The notes under the pieces: generated by a model
Seen by the model: the letters and a program-made list of their open reading frames with translations, nothing else
Databases searched by the model: none
Told to the model about the DNA's origin: nothing
Assembly: GCA_904063045.1 (NCBI GenBank)
Contig: CAJFCJ010000003.1
Coordinates: 1,116,001-1,180,000, forward strand
Source of the DNA: Dimorphilus gyrociliatus
Lineage: Eukaryota > Animalia > Annelida
DNA length: 64,000 nucleotides
Direction of reading: 5' to 3'
Part shown: piece after piece, positions 49,621 through 63,500 of the stretch
How the letters are laid out: every line of letters starts with the position of its first letter
Numbering within the stretch: the first letter of the stretch is position 1
Program-made: the position numbers and the translations under genes

Positions 49621-52011
49621 GTGTCGTTTGCTCGTTTAGCCCGTCTTTGAAGAAAGTTCTTCAGCTTTAGCCAGATGAAAAGAGGGGAACACTCTTTAAA
49701 AAATAGTCTAGGTTAAAGAATGAAAACAATCTGAATTTCCACGTCTTGGGGCTAGATTTCATCATGTGATTCTTGACAGCGAATAGATAGTTTGTGTAGT
49801 CATTAAGTCGATAATGAGACGTCGATTGTGCCTAGACATTATCAGCTTTAGCATAAACTCAACCGTCGGGCAGAGATTGACAGAACGGGACAGCGGAGGA
49901 GTAATTTTAATTTAGTTCGTAGATAGGCCAAAAGCAGGGCAGGGCGACGTCGTAGTATATTGTAATTATTCTTCCGCCGGTAAAGAAAAAAGCGTCTGGG
50001 AAGTGTTTGATAAAAGAAGATCGTCGCGGCGTCGACATCAAAAGAAGAGTACTCGATGTGCCGTCACGTCGTTGACGTTACTCTTTCTCTTTTGAATCTG
50101 TCGGCGTTACGCAATTTTCTTTTTGGATGTACTGGAAAAATGGATAAGGGGAATGCTATGAAATAGAACAGGCGGTATAAAATAAGAGGGAAGGGGGGTG
50201 GTGGGTGGAAGGAAAAAAATTGACTTTAATTAAAGCTGCCAAGGACTTGGAATAATATGAAGGAAATAGAATGGGTGACTACAAACAACACTGTGCGGAT
50301 TAGATTTTAGGCGAATCGGCGGTGGTTTTTTCTTGCTGTTTATTCCAGTATATCGATCGATTCGGAAGGAAAAATATAAATTTGTCGATTGTTTGTCGAG
50401 TGACGGGTGATTTATGCGAATATAAATAAATATGGGGAGAAAGAGAGACAGAACGGACGTCGGCGGCGTTGAAGCGTTCTACTGTGTACAGACTATCAGC
50501 TGGACGTCTATTGATTGACAACTGCAAAATCTGCAAAATGCGGCGTTGGACGCCGGTGGCGTTTCTTATTCTGTGTCTGTATTGCGTAAAAATCAAGTAT
50601 ATTCGGTTTCTTGTAACGTTTTACGGTTATTTCTCAACATGTTAAGGCATGAATCGTATGTTTTCGAATGAAAAACTCATTAATTTAAGTTGAATTAAGC
50701 TTATTTACCCTTAAAACGTTCTTTAAGGAACATTATTATTTATAAGGGAAAAAACATTCTTATTTTCATAAGAATATTAAATATAGCGTATTTTCTAATT
50801 AGTTACGTTCTGTTTGCATTTTAATTAGAATATTTCCAGGCCATTGTTGAATATGCGTAATATTATGCGAATAATCGCCATTTATACCGTTTAATTCTGA
50901 AAACACCTTATTTACGGCGTATAAAAGTAAATCTCTGTTAAAGCGTTAAGGAAATTATATAGTACAGCGGGGTAAACGAGCTATCGCTTACTGCAATACT
51001 GCAATTGGCGCGACCTCATTCTCTACCTCGTTAGACAATTACAGTACAGCGCCTCAGGTGTTTTTCTCGTTTTGCAGTAGTGTTTCTTTCTCGCTTGTTT
51101 GCGTTACGTGAGTTGTCTATAATAGTATTTTATAGTTTTATAGAAAATTTTGCGGTATATTCTTCAAGATCAATTACGTAACCTGATATAGACTTTTACG
51201 CAAGCGACAATTTGGGTGGCGAACGATTAGCGTCGTCGCCCATCGGCGCCGGCGTCACTCGACGTCAGTCACAAGACGCTTTTTCGTCCAACCTTTGACC
51301 TATGGCCGTCTTTTCCCATGGAAGAGATTGTCGAGTGAGGGTGAAATAAGGTTAGCGCCTTTTAACCAGCAGAGATAGAGAGATTGCGGAATAAGGAAAA
51401 AATAGAGAAAAATCTCAGAGATGATTTTAAAAGGCTATACAAAAGGGTATGGGTAGATAAAAAGATAGATAGCTAGATTGATAAAATGATAAGTGGACAC
51501 TGGAGACAAAACGATAGAGAGAAGAACTAGGAGAGGAAGAGGGAGGAAGGGAGAGAAGGAGAGAGAGAAAGAAAGAGAGAGAAATGGCGAAATCGATTAT
51601 TGTCACGAATATACCGCATGACGTGTGACCTTCGTTCGAGGGCTTTCAAGTGAGATTTGCTTTCGAACAGCGATACGGATACGTTCTCTTCTCGACCGCT
51701 AAACTTTTAAATAATAATAAGTGAATAATTCCCTAATATGTTTGTTATTATCCGATTTAAAGTATTTCTCCCCAATTTCCTTTACTACATTCTATCAAAT
51801 CTATCTATCTATCTATCTATCTTGGCTTGGTTTTTTTTCGTGATTCATAACTTTACTCTTCCTCTTGAACAAAAGCGAAAAGGAAACTATACCAAAAGTC
51901 TGACAACCAATATTTCTTCATAAAGGATAAAGTGGACAATATTCTTGACAAAATTAATACGTATTACTCCTCCCATTTTCGTACACGCCTCTTCTCCTCT
52001 CTACCCTGTCT

Positions 52012-52049
<38 letters not shown>

Positions 52050-55000
52050 TTCTTCTTTTATCCTTCCCACTCATCTATCTATATATCCATTTTCCCATTC
52101 ATTTCAATATTTTCCACTCACCGCCTTAACTCTCTTGAAATATTTTGAATGTGTAAAAAACGCTTTGAAAGAAGCTGGATTGGGATATGTTCATTTTTCA
52201 CTTTTTATTTGCTATTTCAAGTGAAAAATAACGTTACGCGCTTGACTACTATTTATTCATATAAAAATTGATAAAACGCCTTCCTCTTTTCTAACCAATT
52301 CAAGAAAATTGAATAAAAATGTTATTAAAAAAATACTCTGTCTTCTTCCCCCCTCCCTTTCTCTTCTTTAGAAAGAGATAAATAACTATAGATACAAAGT
52401 TAGATATCAGAAGTAAAATGCATAAAGTTAAAGTCAAAAGTTTTTAGAATGAATAAAGACGATGCTTAAGGGTTAATTTCTTAAGCTGCAATAAAATATT
52501 GCATGATTTTGTAAACATTATATTTCTGTATGGACTATAATACTCGTACAGAGCTATTTGATTGATGGATAGAGAGATAAACTATTTGTTTTTTTGCATA
52601 CGTTATAAACTATGTAGAGAGGAAACTATATTGTATACACTGTATATATATATATATATATATTTATATATTTTCCAAATATCTCGCTGACATATCGAGT
52701 AATCGTTGGACTGTAAACAAATATTTTCTGCCTACTCGAATTGTGAGGTTCCCGTATGCAATTTTTGGCAATTATTACGCGAGAAAACTCGTTTTCATAT
52801 ATATTATTGCCGGAGGTGATAAAGGATTAGGCGCCATTTTTTCGCACCTTTGTACTGGCCGGGCCTTGAGGGGGATTTTTGACAAATAAAATCGAAATAC
52901 TTACATATACTCTTTGTATTTATAGATAGGCATATATATATATATATATATATTTATACATTACGTCCGTAATAGAAAAGAGAAAAAGATTATTACACAA
53001 ATGAAATAGACATTTCTCTCTATCTTCTTCTTTTCCGTTTGACCTTGTGAACATTGTGAGAAATGATTTTTTTTCCACTAGCTATTTTTTACAGGCCTAA
53101 ATTAATTGGAATTTTCTGTCTCATATTCCGAACGAATCGCTACTTTCTTTCTCTTTCACTTATTCACCGTCCTTTTGCATTATTTCACAATTATAAAAAA
53201 AGGAGGAGAAAGAGAGCAAGAAAGAAAAAAGAGAAAAAGATAAAACTGTAGTAAAGCTTTATTCTCTTTTTCGTTTCCTACTATTTTTACATATACCGAA
53301 GTCAAGAATGTAAGGGCATGTACTTAGTTGCTAAGGCTACGCCATATTGTTTGTTCTATAAATCTATTGGCAAGGTGTATATTTAGCATTAACGGCAACT
53401 GTTTACTAATTAAATCGCCTTTTTTGTACATTTTTTTTTATTTCTTACCTTATACGTACAAATATCTACAAATATATTGAGAGAGATTTTTCTATTAGGC
53501 GAAGAGAAATCTAGTGGGTTTTATTCTACTTTTTTTTATCCAAAAGCATTCGTATTAAGCGTCGTATAAGTTGATTTTTATTGGCGAGGAAACGATTAAT
53601 GGACGACGTCGAAACGTCCCACGCTTTTCTTCTGTATCCTGAATAAAATTGTCGTGAATATTCCTCCTTTTTCCTTCCTATTGCCCATTCATTTATACAT
53701 TATTGAACTAAAACTATATACTATAAAAAAAATTCTATTTAAAAGGAATTAGACAGAGGTCACGTGATCTATTTTAAAATTTTTTCAATTTTTCTTTTTG
53801 CCTTTTAGTGAGCCAAGTGCGCGTTACATGTATAAACATTCGCGTACGTTCTAATTCGGATCGTAATCGATTTGTTAAGTGTATTTGCATAAAACTTTTA
53901 AGTAATCGAGAAGGTGCTAGACGAGTGTGTATATATGGCAGGAAAATCCGTTTTAAAGGAATTCCTTTTTAGAAAGATAGTGTGACCTCCTTTTTTATAT
54001 TTGGTGGCGGGTGAAATTCTATACACTTCGACTACTGTATGTATATATACATAGCATTCTTTCTTCACCGGTTATTAATGTATGACCGAGTTCATATGTC
54101 AAATTGTTTACACTTTATAGAATCGTCTCTTTATTTATATCTAAAGTTCCCTCTTCATTTTCATCTCTCAATTCCGCAGAACTTTTCTCTTTCTATCCAG
54201 CACTCCCCCTTCTCTCTCTCTCTCTCTCTCTTTCTCTTTCTCTTTCTCTTTCTTTTCGCCTTTTTTTTAACTTCACACGTACCTCTCATTTTTTTATAAT
54301 CTTTATAAATTTTTTATCTAAAACGGCCTTGGCATTAAGTGATAACTTTGTCCCGTAAACCATGAATAAGATATGAAGGAAAGGAAAGAAAAAGCCACGT
54401 AAAGTATGTAAATGTATAGTGGATACACTATATATACAATATCTAAGGCTATAAAAATTCCTTCTCCACCCTTATCCAACCTTTCTTACATTTTTACAAG
54501 CATTACATAAAATATATAAGTGCAATTTCGACCATATTCTATTTGTCGGTTGAAATTCAATATGTTTAATCCAGTATTGTACACCCCTAAAGTGGGTTAT
54601 AATTAATGTATGACCCTAGTTCATGTGTCCAATTATTTTTTGTATTTACGGATGTTTTTTCAACGCTTGTTTTTTCTATAAAAAGAAAGGAATTAAATGA
54701 ATGGTTTGTTTGGTTTAATTACATCCCCTTCACAAAGTTTTTGTAACAATTAAAGTAATTTAAAGACCTGTCGTAACCAATCAAATAACATATTTCCTAT
54801 ATGATTTATGTAAGTAAAAAGACAGGCACGTATAGGCCCTCCTTTATATGAATTCATTACAAATTACTCTTTGTACAACACTCACCCTTAGGCTAATTCC
54901 GTAGATAAGCCGTTGTTTAAGAAGTAATTTATTAGCCTTATGCATGATCTATAGTAATTTTAAACCGGCTTCTAAAATTTATATCAATAGGCCTAAACTT

Positions 55001-56818
55001 GTATAAATCTTAAATTTTCTTGTTGCTTTTCTTTTTTACCTTGTCAATTTCAAGATGGAATTAAAAAGTCATTATGGGGAAAGTTTTAGAAAAGTGAAGG
55101 GGGTGGGTAGGAAGGAGAAAGGGGTGGAAGAAAGACGAGAAAGGGCAGAGAGAGAGGGAGGCAGAGAAAGAAAAAATCAAGTATATAATATATTATTAGA
55201 TAGTCGGAAGATAGAAGAAAATGCAGTAAAAATAGTTTGGAGGAGAGTAAGATTGTATAAAAAGGGAGGAGGAGGAGGAGGACATTTAGGAGGACGATGA
55301 GGATGAATATTAAACTGATGAGAGTTTTTAAAAGACATTTATTCCTTAACATCTTATCCGATTTTATATATATTGCATAAAACCGAATATTTAAAAAGAA
55401 TTTTATATTGTGTTACGTAATTGATTACGTAGATAAAACTCTTTTTATCGGCAACTTACATAAAAGTTTTATATAGAAAACGTTTCACTGTAAACTAAAT
55501 AATGAAAATTCTTTTAGAAATGTAGTTGGACTTTATTTCTCGTTTGTCGGCTGAAATCTTATACATCTAATCCGACGCCTTATATGTAGGTAGTAGCGTG
55601 CATAGAAGACGATTAATGGCAATATGAAAGAGAAAAGAAGTGGAAAGGAAAAAAGTTCCACTGCTTTCTTTACGCCCATAGTTGTACTCGCCACCCCTTC
55701 TTATACTTTCCTTTAATTAATGTATAACCCAGTTCATATGTCCAATTATACACCCCTTTCGAAAACCTAATCTCGCATCCATTCCACGAATCCGAGTGTA
55801 AACACTGCAGCAATACGCGTCGAACAAATAGAGAAAGAGGGGGCCGGTGGTATAGACGGGGTGGAACTAGGCACGGGGGGGCCGATTGATTTAATAGAAG
55901 TAGGGGGAATTTTATAAAACGGAGTGAGAGAAGAGTGAAAAGAATAAATGAAGAAAATACAAGACTAAACGAACAAATTCTGAACACCGTCGCTCGCCGT
56001 CGTCAGCGTTTAATCCGTTCGGCGCATTTATATAAAGTTGCCGGCGGCCCCCTTTGATGTACAACTTTTGTTTTACGTGATGATCGGAGAAAAGTAGCGG
56101 GTGGTCACTTTGTTTCAGCAGCTTGAAAGTAGTCGAAAGCTAATTTAGCTCGTTCGCTAACGAACGCTATTCGACGCCTTTTTGCTCTCGGCTATCAGAG
56201 ATTTGTTATACAGTTATAAAAAAACGTATATATATATATATATATATATATATCGTTTATCGTCCTATAAAAACACGATATTGTGTGAAAATCATAAAGG
56301 AAAAAGAATAGAAAAATAGTATGAAACAATAGTAATAGAGATTAAAATAATAATAATAGTAATAATAATAAAAAACGCCTCTTAAACCGTCAATTTTACT
56401 TCTTCCTTTGCTTACAACAAACTGAATTGTGAATAAAGCTATTAGTATAAGCCTAGTAAAAACTGTAATGTTTATATAGAATAAAGATTTTTCTCACGAT
56501 ACACGAGTGCTTAAACACGATAATGCAAAAAAAAAAAAGTAAAAGAAAGGAGATAGAAAAAAACGTTTAAAATTTTAGACGTCTATACTTTTAAAACGAC
56601 CTATTTATGAATTGTTAATTAATATTTTTTATTCCTTAGCGTTATGTCTTCTTAATGAACTTTCAAAGAGTCTTTTCGAGCGTTTAAATTATTTTAAGAG
56701 CGTATTATTATATACTTCATTTTTATAGAATTATAAACGTTATTTTATGCAAATTAATGTACGTTAATAGCCCGCCTACAACTTTTATTTTGCCCACCTT
56801 ATTAGAAATTTTCCTCTT

Positions 56819-56822
<4 letters not shown>

Positions 56823-56860
<38 letters not shown>
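56823..56860. repeat. (CT)n microsatellite
   Basis: Perfect TC run; similar runs at ~52017-52045 and ~57850-57881. Confidence 0.95.
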
Positions 56861-56861
<1 letters not shown>

Positions 56862-57843
56862 ACCTTACTCCCTACAATACTTTTTAGAATGGTTGATAAA
56901 TTAGTTGATTCATTTTACCCTTCGTTTTTTTATTAACAGTTTAGATTTATTTAGGTTCGTTTATCAAGAGTTTATATTTATAAATTATACAAATTTTAAT
57001 TTAGATTAACATTGAATAGACTTCTATTTATATATTTATATAGGCATTCATTTACACATTTATGCATTTATGTATAAATCTATATGCGCATTAAATCTCA
57101 ATTAATATTTTTGTTGTATATTTCTTATATTCTTTTACACACAAATATACGTATACATATACTGATATATATATATATATATATATTTATGCTGGCCGCG
57201 TTGACAAGAAAAACGCGCAAAGGCATTGACTCTCGCTATAGATTTCTATTGTGCAGCGTCTGAATGGGAGAATAAAGCGTCTCTTGTAAACCGTCACAAT
57301 AGTTATTGTTATACGCTCATTTTTGTGCTTAACTTAGCTTTGACCATTTTCGCCATTTCGTAGTGGACACTCGGTCGAGACGGTAGAATATACTAGAATA
57401 TGAGAGATTTTTATTAAAAATTGAATCATTTTTTCAACAAGTAAACCTTTCTTTGAACTTGTCCTATATCTGTTTTGAATCTGTGTAATACTATGTTGAC
57501 TTTTTATTGGGTTAACTTTCTGTTTCTTTTTTACCTATAGGAAAAACGATACACATGACTGAAAAAAAAATCTCGAGAAACATAGGAAGGAGGAAAAGAA
57601 GAGGAAGACGCAAATACCTGAACGAACGGATTTCAGACGGATTAACTTAATCTCCGTATTTTGTGGATTATACATTATACTTTGTATCGGATTATTAGCC
57701 CGATTAAACTCGCGGATATTATCACATTCTCTATTTCTCCTTCTTCTTCTCTCTCTCTCTTCCCCTTCCCCCCTAAAAAAATTCTTTAACATCAGACCTT
57801 TTGCTTCTATGTCTATCTTACAATAATTCTTAATCTACTATAT

Positions 57844-57886
<43 letters not shown>

Positions 57887-59342
57887 CTTCAAAATTTATC
57901 GAAGGAAGAAAAGCAGAAGAATGAACGAAGGAAGCAAGCAATAGGTGAGCTTTGATTTTTAAGTGTCTGCTTTAGTCGCATGAACGTGCATACAGGTTAG
58001 GGTATTTTTTTTAAGTAAAACTGCTTATACTCTTATTTTCTTTTAACCTATTCTTGTATGCACTGCATGCGAACATGTAGGAGTGTGTGAGAGCGTGACA
58101 GAGCAAATATGTATAAATATGTAAATATACAGACATATAAATATAAACTGTATATACTGTATAATATATATGTAGGCGAATAAATACGTATAAGCCCCAG
58201 TAGTCCCACGTGACCACTACAACTGACCTAGATTTTTTTTTCTTTTTTTTTTCAAAAGCGTGAGACCAGGTGTTGACATGATTAGAACAGGGACTTTAAT
58301 TAGATACGCATTGAAATCGCTGTATTGTTTAAGCTAATCGCGTTAATTGTTATTACTAAGTTGGGTGAAAATTTAAAGAAAAGAGTAACATTGGGGTATT
58401 ATTACATTTTTGTCCTCTTTAACAAGATAAATAGGTTAGCATATGTTGATAAAATGCTAAGGGAGGCAAAAAAAATATTTCTGTACATACATAGATGATG
58501 CATTCATAAATTTCTTAATCTATTTATATACGCTGTTCATATATGTATGCATATACATGTTAATAAGTATATATGTACATACAGAAATAGTAAAATTATC
58601 AATTTTTGAAATATACTTTGCACACAGCTGCAATTCTATTCTTTTAGACTTTTACCTCTTTTTCTTTCTTTTTTCTTGCTGTACAACTGTCAAAAAAAGT
58701 ACTAATATTACACACGCTATTAATATAATATATTAATTTATATATATATATATATATAAATGAAGAGATTATGAATACATTAGTTCTCTCATGAATATTT
58801 AAAAATGAACAGATGTTCATAGAATGAACATGATGATTGATAAGAATCTTAAATTAAATGACCAAGATAGAAAATTTAATAAAAAATTCTAGTTAGAGTA
58901 TTATTCTGTTGAGGAGTGTACACGTATATTTATATATCCGAGTATATCCTGATTGTGGGGAAATAGGCTGACTGTACATTCCGCTTCACTCAACCACCTG
59001 CCCGTATACCTGTCGGCGACATCAAACGCCTAGTTCGTATCCAATTAAGGAAAACGCGCGAAAATTGGTGCCGACGTCGTTGTTTACAGCATACCTCAGG
59101 CGTCTCGTCCAGCAGTAATATGCTAATGAGTACGGATTTGCATGGCAAGGAATTTGGGAAAGGGAATGATGGGGAAAGAGAGCGAAGCAATAATGTTGCT
59201 AACCGCAATCGTATTTTGTTCAATCTATCCGGCGCTGATTTAATCACGTTTTCTCCTGCACTCTCTCTACTCCCTCTGCACCTGCTTTTGTTCTACTCGG
59301 GCGTTTTTCTCGCGCTATTTTTAGGGGCGGTAGGACGCAGGC

Positions 59343-59358
59343 GACGTCACGTGACGTC
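59343..59358. promoter_or_regulatory. Perfect 16-bp palindrome with overlapping CRE and E-box
   Basis: GACGTCACGTGACGTC contains GTCACGTGAC and two GACGTCA CRE cores (the right-hand one a full TGACGTCA). Confidence 0.45.
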
Positions 59359-60526
59359 ATTAGCGACGTATTCAAAGATGTCCGAGAGTGGCACGTCCCA
59401 AATAAGCGGCCCGCCTCTGTTTACAAACTGACGAAAACCGCAAATTGCAGTTTTTTCCTTCTATCCTACAATACATTGTTACGCCTTACATGTCTGTTAC
59501 TTTTCCTTTTATATCGTATAATGTATAAAAAATTCATACGTTAGTTATAAGTAGGTTTCTCAAAAGAGAAAAGTACTTTTTTTTACTATATTCTACTATG
59601 TGTATTATCTATCTAATTATAAGGATCATTTGCTTTAGCTTCGCCCTGTTGTTTTAAAATGTTAAAACATCTGAGAAATCATCGCATGCGAGCTTTGGTT
59701 GAAAAATGTTTATTGTATAGTTTCGAAACCCGCATTGTCAGAGAGATTTTTATCAAAATGACAAAGCACTTCATCGGTTGGGGGGTGGAAGGGGAGGTGG
59801 GCGTAGGTAGCATACGTAAGGGAGACAGATAGATACGAAATGAGGTAGGGGAGATAAAAAATTATGGTAAGAGGGTTGTAGAGAAAGATCGACTAGTTTT
59901 TTTTTTATAAACGTCCTTTCGTCTCAATAAGCCTGAAATAGTTGGAATAGGTGGCAATAGGTAAAGAACATTGTGAGAATTTATAGTAGGGAAAGAGAAT
60001 TAATAGAGAATAGTAGAGTGTCGGCCATTTTTTTCTATTTCGAATGGCGATAATTACTACGCGTCGATAATTGCCGAGTCGGCTCGTCGAATGACTTCTG
60101 TCCCTACTCGAACGGCAGAAATTGCCATAATTTTCGCATTTTCGCCGCACTAAATTGCTTTCGCTCCTTCTCATGCTGTTTTCCACCACTTTTTATAGGG
60201 ATGGTAGCGGTACAGTACTGTCCCTTCGTTTGTTTATTCAATTGAATTAGATCAAAATATTTCCCCTCCCCCCTCCAATACTTCGCACCCCTACCATTAT
60301 CATTTCAGTTCGAAATTTTTATCCACACCTTTGCAAATGTCTACCGTTTCTCTTGACGCAGTAAAGTGAGAATTGTATGAATATTCATAGAATTTAATAC
60401 GATTAGGGCGTCTATTTTCATTTCTTTTCTCCCTTTTTTTTTAATTTGGAATTAATCAGAGATTAAGTCGTGTTTATTATAAAATGCTAATAAATGTTTA
60501 TTGCAGTAAAAGAAGGACAGATAGGT

Positions 60527-60528
<2 letters not shown>

Positions 60529-60578
<50 letters not shown>
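60529..60578. repeat. (TA)25 microsatellite
   Basis: Longest perfect AT run noticed in the window. Confidence 0.95.
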
Positions 60579-60581
<3 letters not shown>

Positions 60582-63500
60582 TAGATACAGAGAAATCGGG
60601 GGAAGTATGATAGACAGAATCTTTCTAATAGTTGCTTAATGATGGATATATAGCGTAGCCAATATTAACTCCACTGTACATGGTTGTACGCAATGAAAAT
60701 ACTTGAAATTCCTTTTCCAATTTATTCCAATTAAGACTTATTTATTTAATAAAAAGACTTAAGTGATAGTTATTTCCTTAATGATTCTTTTTACCGGTTT
60801 TTATATAATAATTAACATAAAAGACCTTATATATGATAAATATATGTGCTAAGACTTTAAATTCAAATATTCAATTTATCGTTGAATTGATTTCAATAGG
60901 TAGCTGTTTTTTTCTATTATTTCTGACTGTATACCCACAAAAGTTTGTTTATTTACGGCTTATCCTTTTTTTTATGATTGAAATTCTTTAAATCCTATCC
61001 TTTCTTTTCCATTTAAGGTTGTCGAGTGTTTAAATTAGCTTTTAATTCGGGTTGTTTTAACTAATCTATTCCCTCTTGCCCTTTGTCCATTTTGTCATCA
61101 CTGACCTAAGATTCGAGTGAATTAATTACCCTATATAACCCATCTATATATTAACCCTTATAACCTCGAAAGTTAACCCTCGACTAGCCGGCGGCTGAAT
61201 TATGAGCCCGTAATATACGTGGCACATTTACCTGAGGGCGGTCGGCATCATTTTAATTAATTAGAATATTGATAAAATATTGGCGAACAGGCACTAAAGT
61301 TTGTCAGCCTATCAACAAGAATTTGTGGGGCAAAGAGAAGAGAAAGAAGGAGAGAGAGGGAGGGGGAATAGTGGGCGGTGATTGATAAGAGGCAGTAGCG
61401 TGGTTACGGGTTCCAGACGGCTACCTAACTAGGTCTTCCATGCGAAGACTAATGGCGGGGAAGAAAGGAATGTGTCAGATAGCAATTTATGCGCGCATGA
61501 AGGGCCATGAGGTCAGTGTATTGCATTGTAATCAGCGAGCAGATATGGGAGCCGAAAATTTCAGCACGCTCATTCTTTTTAGGCTTTTAACCGTCTATTA
61601 TTGCGAAATCTTATATAAAAAATAATAGCAGAGTAGGACCAGTAGCTATTTAAACATACAGTTGTATGTAAATCTATAAAAAAAATTCTCCTAATCATTT
61701 TTTTCATTCAATATGCTATGTATATACTGTATATATAGAATGTTGTATATATGACAAAAAAAGAGAGAAGAGTAATCTTTCGATGAAGATTTACTACAAT
61801 ATAATATCAATGTAACAATATGGGTATATACGTGTGTACTAGTTGTTTAGGTATTTTTTAAGTGGATACTATAAAAATACTTTCTCTCTTTGAAGGCTTT
61901 TTTTTAATTATCTTTTGCATTCTTTTCTATGTTTATAATGAAAATATTCTGATTTTTTTATTTTCTTTATTTCATTCTCTCCTCACACCTTCCCTTACCT
62001 TCGCCCGTTCGTTCGTCTCCTCTCTGCTAATGCATGTAAACAACAGTAGTATAATTTTTGAACAGTTGAATGCATTTGACAAGTAAAATATTTCTTCTAT
62101 CTTAGAGGACGGATCTTTATTATTTTTCTCCCTTTATAACAGTCATCTGTGTCTACTTAAAAGAAAACGATTATATACAGGCCTAAAAAAATTCTAAATC
62201 TAAGTAAACAATTTGCTCTTCCGAAAATCTTTCTTTCTTTCCAAAATATTAGATTAAATAGTGAGGAATATATATTAGGAGAGATTATAAATAGAAAAAC
62301 AACTAGTAGATGTATATTTTGAGCGAGATGATTACTGCGTGTGTTGTAAACGGTTATAACGCTCTAAAGCGATCAGTCTTTTTTTTTTCTATTTAATTTT
62401 ACTTGTATAATGTATACATAGATTATATCCAACTGTTTTTTCCTCCGTTTTTTTAGCTTTAACTCTTATTGATAAAAAAAAGGTGTAAAGAACTATTATA
62501 TAGATACTATATATACTGTATATATATATATAAATGGAACGGAGGTTGTGAACTAAAGAGGAACGGATAAAAGGATAAAATAATAATAATAATAATGTAA
62601 TAAGAAAGAAAGAGGGTAGAAGAAGGGAAGTAAGAAGTAGTACGGATGATAAAACAGAATCGTTACATACAAAAAAAATTGCCACCATATATATATTCAT
62701 CGATCCATTATATTGTATATTTTTCTAAGTGCTCATAAGCGGCCATAAGGTCACCGTATTGCATAATCAGTCAGTATAATTTTTGACAGCCAATAAGACT
62801 CGGTTTACCCCTAAAGTCATTCCTTTTAAAAGGTTTCTTTTAAAAGTTTTTAAAATAATATTAATAATACCTAAAAAAAAATAAGTTGAAATAGGACAAA
62901 TATTTCGATTTAGTAAGAAAGATTATTTTACCTTTATATATATATTATATATATATATATATGCCTACATATCTATAATATATATTATACTAAAACGAGG
63001 CCTATAGTTTGTATGTATTATCCTCTACAAATACTCTTTACGGTCAATATGGAAAATAAGGCGTAAAATGGGGTGATAGAAATTAAAAATGAACAAAATA
63101 CATATTTATATAAAATTGTAACAAAAATAGTAGCTGACTATGTATTATTTTCACGTACATGTATATTTTCTCACCCTCAGTGTTTGCTCGGTCGATTTCT
63201 AATCGATCTCGCATCGCTTGTACACTAACTAAGTTAGCCTTTAGGCCTATATATATTGCTCATTTTGTACATTTTTGTATATACACTTGAGTCATATGTA
63301 TATCCTATGTATTAAATGTATTCGCCAATAGAGAAACCGCGTATAATGTGTATTTGCGCTAATGGACTAATGAATTATAAAAGAGTTACCTCTCTCCTAT
63401 TGCATGACTACCTGCGGATTGACAGATCGGGTGACGGATGAATGTATTACATTGTATAGACGACTACCGTCTGTTTATAAATAGTAACCGATTACGCGAC

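Noticed and set aside
59120-59431. 103-aa ORF with a TM-like segment followed by RRRR
   Set aside because: No family motif; the hydrophobicity follows from CT-rich sequence and the ORF overlaps regulatory-looking palindromes. Not excluded without Ribo-seq.
33074-62700. Many 60-130 aa ORFs rich in YIYI, LSLS, F or ERER
   Set aside because: They are translations of (TA)n, (CT)n, (GA)n and poly-T tracts.
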